Origin: Candidatus Latescibacterota bacterium
GTDB taxonomy: Bacteria > Latescibacterota > UBA2968 > UBA8231
Assembly (NCBI GenBank): GCA_965215195.1
Contig: CBDCDC010000001.1
Span: 864,001 to 928,000 of the forward strand
Direction: 5' to 3'
DNA length: 64,000 nt
Shown: piece after piece, positions 58,688 through 64,000 of the stretch
Position numbering within the stretch: the first letter of the stretch is position 1
How the letters are laid out: the number at the start of each line of letters is the position of its first letter
Notes under the pieces: generated by a model
Told to the model about the DNA's origin: nothing
The model's input: only the letters and a program-made list of their open reading frames with translations
The model's database searches: none
Made by a program: the position numbers and the translations under genes

Positions 58688-59764
58688 ATGGCCTTGGCGG
58701 GCACTCGCGCGTTGGTGGTCGGGGCCGGTATCATCGGCCGCTCGACCGCCTATTTCCTCGCCCGGCAAGGCGCGAAGGTCATCCTGCTCGACGAGGGCAG
58801 TGCCGCTGGCTCGCCCACGAGCCGGGCCTCTTTGGGCGTCCTCACCCACTGCAACGGCGGCGACAATCCCTACGCCCAGCTCTTCCGCGACGGCCACGCT
58901 CTGCACGCCCGGCTGGCTTGCGACCTAGCCGAAGAGCTGGGCGCAGACGTGGGCTGGCGTCCCCTCGGCGGCATTGAGCTTTTTGCCGACGCATCCCAGC
59001 TAGAGGAAGTATGGCGTTTCAATCGCGCGCGCGGCTGTCGGGTTGAGCGGCTTGACGAGCGGGCCTTGGGCAGTGCGGAGCCAGCATTGGACAGCGGCTG
59101 CGAGGGCCTGTTTTTTGCCGACGATCACCGGGTGGATCCCCTCAAGTTGGGCGCAGCACTTTGGGCGGCGGCGGCCCAGCGGGGTGCGGTGGCCGCTTGG
59201 GGCGAGCGCGTCTGGCGCATTGCCCAAGCGGGCGCGTCCGTCGAGGTCGCCACCAGCCGCGGAACCCACCGCGCCGACTTTGCGGTCTTGGCGGCTGGGG
59301 CGTGGACCAGCGGCTTGGCCGCCCAGCTCGGTGCCCGAGTCGCGCTGCGTCCGGTGCGGGGCCAACAAGCGCGTTTTGCCGGTGCCCCGCTGCGCCACCT
59401 AGTGAGGATAAACGGACGCCATCTCATTCCAGACGGCGGCGAAACGGTCGTGGGCTCAACGGTGGAGGAGGTCGGCTTTCGGCTGGAAACGACCCGCGCG
59501 GCCGCGGCCGAGTTCGCCGCGCAGGTGCGCTCCGCGCTGGGGAGGGGCTTGCCCCTGTCGCGCCAGCAAGCTGGTCTGCGGCCCAAGCCCCGAGGCGGGC
59601 GTCCGCTCATCGGCCCGCTAACAGATGCGCCGCGAGTCTTCGTGGCCTCCGGGCACTACAAAAACGGCGTCTTGCTAGGCCCGATTACCGGCCAAATCGT
59701 CGCCCGCTGGATCGCCGCGGGAACCCCGGGGCGCGACATGCGCCGCTTCGCGCCCGAGCGTTGA
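58688..59764 (+). CDS. FAD-dependent oxidoreductase, glycine oxidase/DAO family
   Basis: VVGAGIIG, LAAGAW, PVRGQ, GLRP and SGHYKNGVLLGP motifs. Confidence 0.85.
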   Translation: MALAGTRALVVGAGIIGRSTAYFLARQGAKVILLDEGSAAGSPTSRASLGVLTHCNGGDNPYAQLFRDGHALHARLACDLAEELGADVGWRPLGGIELFADASQLEEVWRFNRARGCRVERLDERALGSAEPALDSGCEGLFFADDHRVDPLKLGAALWAAAAQRGAVAAWGERVWRIAQAGASVEVATSRGTHRADFAVLAAGAWTSGLAAQLGARVALRPVRGQQARFAGAPLRHLVRINGRHLIPDGGETVVGSTVEEVGFRLETTRAAAAEFAAQVRSALGRGLPLSRQQAGLRPKPRGGRPLIGPLTDAPRVFVASGHYKNGVLLGPITGQIVARWIAAGTPGRDMRRFAPER

Positions 59765-59797
59765 ATTCATTTCCACCTAACACCGTTGAGGTTAAAC

Positions 59798-60739
59798 ATG
59801 CCATTGCAAAAGGAAGCCCTGCTCGCCGCGCTAAACTCGGTCACCTCCATCCCGGTGGTCCCTTTTCGCGGGGGGCAAATCGACTACGAGGCCCACGCCA
59901 AAAACATCAACTACTTGATGGAGAACAACCACTTAGACGGCGACCGCCCCCGGGTGATTGGCATCGCCGGCACCAGCTTGGTCCACCACATTAGCGCGGA
60001 CGAGCAAGTGCGGCTGTTGGGCTTTACCGGCGAGCAGATGGGGGGGCGCGGGGTGCTGATGGCCGGGATTGCCCCCAATCCGGTTGGGGATGCCGAGCGG
60101 TTGATTGAGCGGGAGGCCGCGCTCGAATACCCCCCGGATGTCTATCTCGTCATGCCGCTTACGGGCGTGGCGAGTCCAGAGGGCATTTTCGCGTACTACG
60201 CGGATTTTGCCGAGCGGCTGGGGCGCTCGTGCGGGGCCAAGCTGCTCTACTATCTGCGCAACCAAGCCGAGCGCGACATAGCCGTGCGGCTGATGAACGA
60301 ATCCGAGCACTTCGTGGGGCTGAAGATCGGCACCACGGTCGAGGATGTCGAGCCGATTGTCGCGGGTGTGGAAGAGGGGGCCGCGCTGGTGATCTGGGGC
60401 GTGGGCGACCGTTCGACCGGGCCGGCCGAGCGCGGCACCAAAGGCCACACCTCGGGGATCAACGTGGCCTTTGCCCGCGCCTCAGACGAGATCAACAACG
60501 CCCAGCGCCGGGGCGATTTTGCGACCTCGCAGCAGATTGAAAACCAGCTCGCAGCCCTAGAGGAAATTCGCTTTCGCGACGGCCGCATGTACAACTATTC
60601 AGCCGTGGTTGAGGCCATGCACTTGGGGGGATTCAGCGATGTGGATGGCGGCGAGGGCGGCCCGTTCAATCCGCGGGTGCCAGCGGAAGTGGCCGCGGAA
60701 GTGGCCGCGGCCATAGCCGACATTGTGGACTATCACTAG
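59798..60739 (+). CDS. DHDPS-family lyase (KdgD-like dehydratase/aldolase)
   Basis: IPVVPF..GQIDY, YYLR and GLKIG motifs; TIM-barrel length. Confidence 0.7.
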   Translation: MPLQKEALLAALNSVTSIPVVPFRGGQIDYEAHAKNINYLMENNHLDGDRPRVIGIAGTSLVHHISADEQVRLLGFTGEQMGGRGVLMAGIAPNPVGDAERLIEREAALEYPPDVYLVMPLTGVASPEGIFAYYADFAERLGRSCGAKLLYYLRNQAERDIAVRLMNESEHFVGLKIGTTVEDVEPIVAGVEEGAALVIWGVGDRSTGPAERGTKGHTSGINVAFARASDEINNAQRRGDFATSQQIENQLAALEEIRFRDGRMYNYSAVVEAMHLGGFSDVDGGEGGPFNPRVPAEVAAEVAAAIADIVDYH

Positions 60740-61038
60740 CCTTGGCGGCGCAGCCGCTCTAGATAGGCCGCCCATTCGACCGGGAGCAGGTGCTGCTTTT
60801 GGCTGTTGCAGTGCTTGCAGCAAGGCACCACGTTGGACTTGGTGGTGCGGCCGCCGCGGATGAGCGGCACCACGTGATCCATGGTTAGCTCATAGGGCGC
60901 AAACGACTGCTGGCAGTAGTGGCACTGGCCAGCGGCCCGTCTGCGCTTCCACCACTCGGAGCGGCGCAGCACTTTGGCTTTGTTTTTTTCTCGGGCGACG
61001 TGCTCGGCGTCGGCTGGGATGAAGTATGTGCTTTCCAT
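60736..61038 (-). CDS. Small HNH endonuclease
   Basis: CHYC...LTMDHVVPL.RGG...SNVVPCCKHCN. Confidence 0.88.
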   Translation of the reverse strand: MESTYFIPADAEHVAREKNKAKVLRRSEWWKRRRAAGQCHYCQQSFAPYELTMDHVVPLIRGGRTTKSNVVPCCKHCNSQKQHLLPVEWAAYLERLRRQG

Positions 61039-61074
61039 GCGAGAGCAAGATAGCGCAGAACGGGTGCAGCACAA

Positions 61075-61166
61075 ATGAACCTCAGCGAAGCCGATACCAG
61101 AGCCAAGCTCATCGATCCAGCCATTCACAGGCGCGGCTGGACAGAAGACCACATCCGGCGTGAGGA
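61075..61166 (+). pseudogene. hsdR: Type I R-M HsdR N-terminal remnant
   Basis: MNLSEADTRAKLIDPAIHRRGWTEDHIRRE, followed by unrelated sequence. Confidence 0.75.
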
Positions 61167-61177
61167 CTTGGCATTAC

Positions 61178-61261
61178 CCTCAGTGCCGCGTCAATCAACA
61201 CACACATCCCCGCCCTTAGAGAAGCAGGCGTTACGGTCTTCTGATAATGAAGACCCTCATT
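61178..61261 (+). repeat. Copy of the 3' end of the LRR lipoprotein gene (about 21059-21143)
   Basis: CCCTCAGTGCCGCGTCAATCAACACACACATCCCCGCCCT is shared exactly, then GCAGGCGTTA.GGTC.TC.GATAATGAA.ACC.TCATT. Confidence 0.85.
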
Positions 61262-61484
61262 CTCATGTCTTTGGACGATCCGGCTGAGAAGCCCATCGGG
61301 TGATCGACGAACACAAATGGATGGTTCATATCGGTAACGGATGTTCCGCATCCCCGGCCTTGGCCGGGGCAGGCTCTTATGCCGCGTCTGCGGCTTGCGG
61401 CCACCGGTCGGGTGTCATTGCCGCGCCTGGCCGGACAAGCGGGCTTCGACGTTGAGTGCCGCTGAAACGGACAGTAGGCAGGAC

Positions 61485-61514
61485 GGTAGGGAATAACGAT
61501 CGTTATTCCCTACC
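61485..61514. repeat. Perfect 30-bp palindrome, GTAG REP-like
   Basis: GGTAGGGAATAACGA|TCGTTATTCCCTACC. Confidence 0.8.
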
Positions 61515-61562
61515 TTGCTAGATGCGCAAGGAGCACCAACGCCTGCATGGCGCGTAACATCA

Positions 61563-61879
61563 GTGAGCAACGACGCTACAGCAGCAGGACGCCTTCCCGA
61601 TGGATGGCGATGGGTCAGGTTGGGGGAGGTGTGCGAGATAAACCCGCGACGTCCTTCTCTTGATCGGTCCGACGAGATGCCAACGACATTCATTCCCATG
61701 GAAGCCGTTGACGCAAAATCCCTCTTCCACTGCTTGCAGAGCAGCGGCGGATTGCGGCAACTCTCAAAAAGCAGATGACGGCGGTGGAGAAGGCGCGAGC
61801 CGCGGCAGAAGAAGAATTGGACGCCATTGATGCTATGCCGTCGGCCCTTCTGAGGAAGGCTTTTGCAGGAAAAGTGTGA
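61563..61879 (+). pseudogene. hsdS: Type I R-M HsdS with internal deletion and frameshift
   Basis: RLPDGWRWVRLGEVCEINP... joined out of frame near 61717 to IPLPLLAEQRRIAA...SALLRKAFAGKV*. Confidence 0.85.
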
Positions 61880-61908
61880 CGGGTAAGTTATCGCCACAAA
61901 CTCGGAAA

Positions 61909-62322
61909 TTACGCTGCTTGGTATCCCAATCCCCACACACGCAGGAGGGCGCGACACCCCTGTTCAAAGGTTTGCGTAAAATCGATGATCTGAAAGGAAG
62001 GCAGTGTCCAAGAAAGTCGCTCATAGTCACAGGGTTGGTATAAAAGGGGGACAATTTCGTTTTCAAAGCGGTTCTGCTGAAGAGCAAACATCAGCTCTCT
62101 CTTTACCCAAGTAGATTCCACGGCACTTGGCGATAAGACAAGCACAAACCAATCGCAGCGGCGAAGTGCCTCCCCAATTTTATCATGCCACTGCTGTCCT
62201 CCAAGTACATTGGTTCGACTGTACCAGACGGGGAGTCCATGCCGCCGCATTACGGCAACCAACTCTTCTACGAACTGCCGATCGCAGTCAGAATGCGAGA
62301 GAAAAATTTCCGTTGGCAACAT
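61909..62322 (-). CDS. Stand-alone TIR domain protein
   Basis: IFLSHS..D and LVLSPSAVESTWVKRELMFA (catalytic Glu). Confidence 0.9.
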   Translation of the reverse strand: MLPTEIFLSHSDCDRQFVEELVAVMRRHGLPVWYSRTNVLGGQQWHDKIGEALRRCDWFVLVLSPSAVESTWVKRELMFALQQNRFENEIVPLLYQPCDYERLSWTLPSFQIIDFTQTFEQGCRALLRVWGLGYQAA

Positions 62323-62360
62323 AACTCAAGGAATTGATACAGATGTAGAAGGCGAGGTCG

Positions 62361-62768
62361 TTAAGCGGCCTCTAGAAGTGCCTGTGCAATCTGACTAATT
62401 CCTTCTTCCTCGGCGTATTCACCCATATCGATCATATGTAAGCGCCGAAGAATCCATGGAATATCTTCTTTTTTTAACTCCCCTCGATCACTTACAAGGA
62501 CAGGAATCAGACGTTTGCGATAGTTTTGTTCGCCGAGAGCATACTCGATCTCCCGACGTACCCAACTCGAACGTAGAGCGTCAGCGGTCAGGAGGACCAC
62601 CATGGCTTTTGACTCTTTCAACGCCCGCGCTACTTCTTCGGTCCAATTAGCCCCAGGCAGGACGTCACGGGTGGCATCCCATACTTCGAGCCCGGCTCCC
62701 TCTAAGCCAGCCGCAACCTTTTTGACAAGCGGATCATCTGTGTAGGCATGGCTGATAAAAACTTTCAT
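62361..62768 (-). CDS. Stand-alone TIR domain protein
   Basis: KVFISHA..D, ALRSSWVRREIEYAL and LIPV motifs. Confidence 0.9.
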   Translation of the reverse strand: MKVFISHAYTDDPLVKKVAAGLEGAGLEVWDATRDVLPGANWTEEVARALKESKAMVVLLTADALRSSWVRREIEYALGEQNYRKRLIPVLVSDRGELKKEDIPWILRRLHMIDMGEYAEEEGISQIAQALLEAA

Positions 62769-62867
62769 AATCCAACTATCCTTTCGTGTCTGCTGCTAAC
62801 GATAAATCTTTAGAAATGGGTACTGAAGCAAAAGTTTCATGCGCTTTCTGCCCGCTAGAGCACTCTA

Positions 62868-63362
62868 CTATCCCTTGAAGTAAAATATACCAGCCAATAA
62901 GATATACAACAGGCCAAAGTATCTCGGCACCCACTTCTCTACGCCCGTAAGCGGCCGGTATAGCTTTCTATTCTTTCCTTCGCCGAGTGCTTTCCATTCA
63001 GCATCGTAAGGAGCAACAGGTAGCATTTGCTCAAGCGCGAGGACGACCTTGTACTTACCCCTGTTTAGCTGCCGGTACGAATTTACTACGCGCTCCCATA
63101 CGTAACAGAGAAGCATCAAGGCGAAAAAAGGCGCAAAGATGATCCAAGCTGGTTTCAGCATGTCCTCTTTGAGCAGCACAGTAAAGGCGATAGTCAGAGT
63201 CGTATGCACACCGACGAAAAACGAGTTTGCGAGCATCCTCCGCGCACTGACTCGATCAGCCATTTTGACGTATAGCTTGTACTGGTCAAAAAGGTGATTC
63301 TCAAATTCAGTGCCGTAAGCATCTTTACTCTGTCTCAGCAAATTTAGGTTGTTTTTGCTCAC
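62868..63362 (-). CDS. RipA-like small membrane protein (2 central TM helices plus C-terminal hydrophobic helix)
   Basis: LFDQYKLYVKMADRVSARRMLANSFF; W...VNSYRQLNRGKY.V...LE..LP..PY.AEW; start reassigned to GTG 63362. Confidence 0.7.
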   Translation of the reverse strand: MSKNNLNLLRQSKDAYGTEFENHLFDQYKLYVKMADRVSARRMLANSFFVGVHTTLTIAFTVLLKEDMLKPAWIIFAPFFALMLLCYVWERVVNSYRQLNRGKYKVVLALEQMLPVAPYDAEWKALGEGKNRKLYRPLTGVEKWVPRYFGLLYILLAGIFYFKG

Positions 63363-63422
63363 CTCTTTCCTCCTCGACTTATGACGTAGCAAGAAGCTAT
63401 CGTAGATTTTTCAACGTTTTAT

Positions 63423-63839
63423 TTATAAAGACCATTTCCGAATAGCATCTACGATGCTACTTGTCTGCCAACCAACCATTTCCTTTGCAACATTTTGCAC
63501 TTCAGTCGGTACACGTTCTTGACCCCAAGGAATAACTCCGATAATCGGCTTATTATAGGCTACGGCGATGTTAATTTCTTTCTGAATCCACTTTCTATGA
63601 TTCACGTACATGCCAGAAACCACAAGAAAACAGTTTATCGGGGCAATTTGCAGGTTAAGTGCTTGAAGCAATTCCCCATCTGTCTTTGTCCCCAGCGGGT
63701 CGTGCTCTGGAACTGAGTAATTGCGCCAATAGAAGTACGGTGCTTCGTAGAGCAAATTTTCAAGGCGGTAGTACTCGGAATTATCGACACTGCGCCATAC
63801 ATGGCTTAGAAACAGATCATACATTTTAAGTCTTGGCAT
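63423..63839 (-). CDS. Thoeris ThsB-like TIR (DUF1863/MTH538 family)
   Basis: YDLFLSH.W, NYSVP.HDP, SGMY...KWIQKEI.IA, KPIIGV.PWG and VGW.T.SIVDAIR motifs. Confidence 0.85.
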   Translation of the reverse strand: MPRLKMYDLFLSHVWRSVDNSEYYRLENLLYEAPYFYWRNYSVPEHDPLGTKTDGELLQALNLQIAPINCFLVVSGMYVNHRKWIQKEINIAVAYNKPIIGVIPWGQERVPTEVQNVAKEMVGWQTSSIVDAIRKWSL

Positions 63840-64000
63840 GTCCGCCCCCTTCTTTGTTTAGTTGAAAATAATGACTAGGACCGGATCAAGCACCTCCGGC
63901 GCTCGCCGACGGAAAACACCAGATTTGCCTACGTCTGTCAGACAGGTTCATAGCGCCGGACCCTGATCTCGTTTGCACGGGAGCGCATCTGCGAGGCATC

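Noticed and set aside
58688-59764. thiO assignment
   Set aside because: No thiS/thiG neighbours; only a DAO-family call is supported.
60736-61038. HNH gene as part of the TIR defence operon
   Set aside because: Host-like GC and separated from the TIR genes by hsd remnants on the opposite strand; no evidence of linkage.

Overview
High-GC bacterial chromosome segment. Eukaryote-like repeat proteins (LRR, YWTD, NHL, TPR), FlgD-Ig 'NYPNPFNP' domains, C-terminal SWGRIK tails, a DUF6785-type membrane protein and the futalosine pathway suggest an FCB-group host-associated lineage such as a sponge-symbiont Ca. Latescibacterota (inference only). Layout: (1) 1-1.9 kb NspV-like type II R-M pair; (2) 1.9-19 kb metabolic genes (mqnB/mqnD, divergent purM, sugar-acid enzymes), two secreted proteins, a MITE and small ORF/sRNA candidates; (3) 19-35 kb LRR lipoprotein, comEC, two decayed toxin-antitoxin modules, a class I LysRS lacking the KMSKS lysines, infA and an M28 peptidase-AAC(3) fusion; (4) 35-50 kb tandemly duplicated secreted-protein cassette with a ~2790 aa YWTD/CARDB/leishmanolysin-like protein, preceded by a poly-C structured leader that also occurs at 19 kb; (5) 50.8-60.7 kb bacterial microcompartment (BMC) locus with a four-domain shell protein, a DHDPS-family aldolase and rhaM nearby; (6) 61-64 kb defence hotspot with type I R-M remnants and an intact TIR / 2-TM / TIR / TIR operon. 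No rRNA, tRNA or CRISPR array was seen. All family calls come from motifs read by eye and recalled knowledge; no searches were run.
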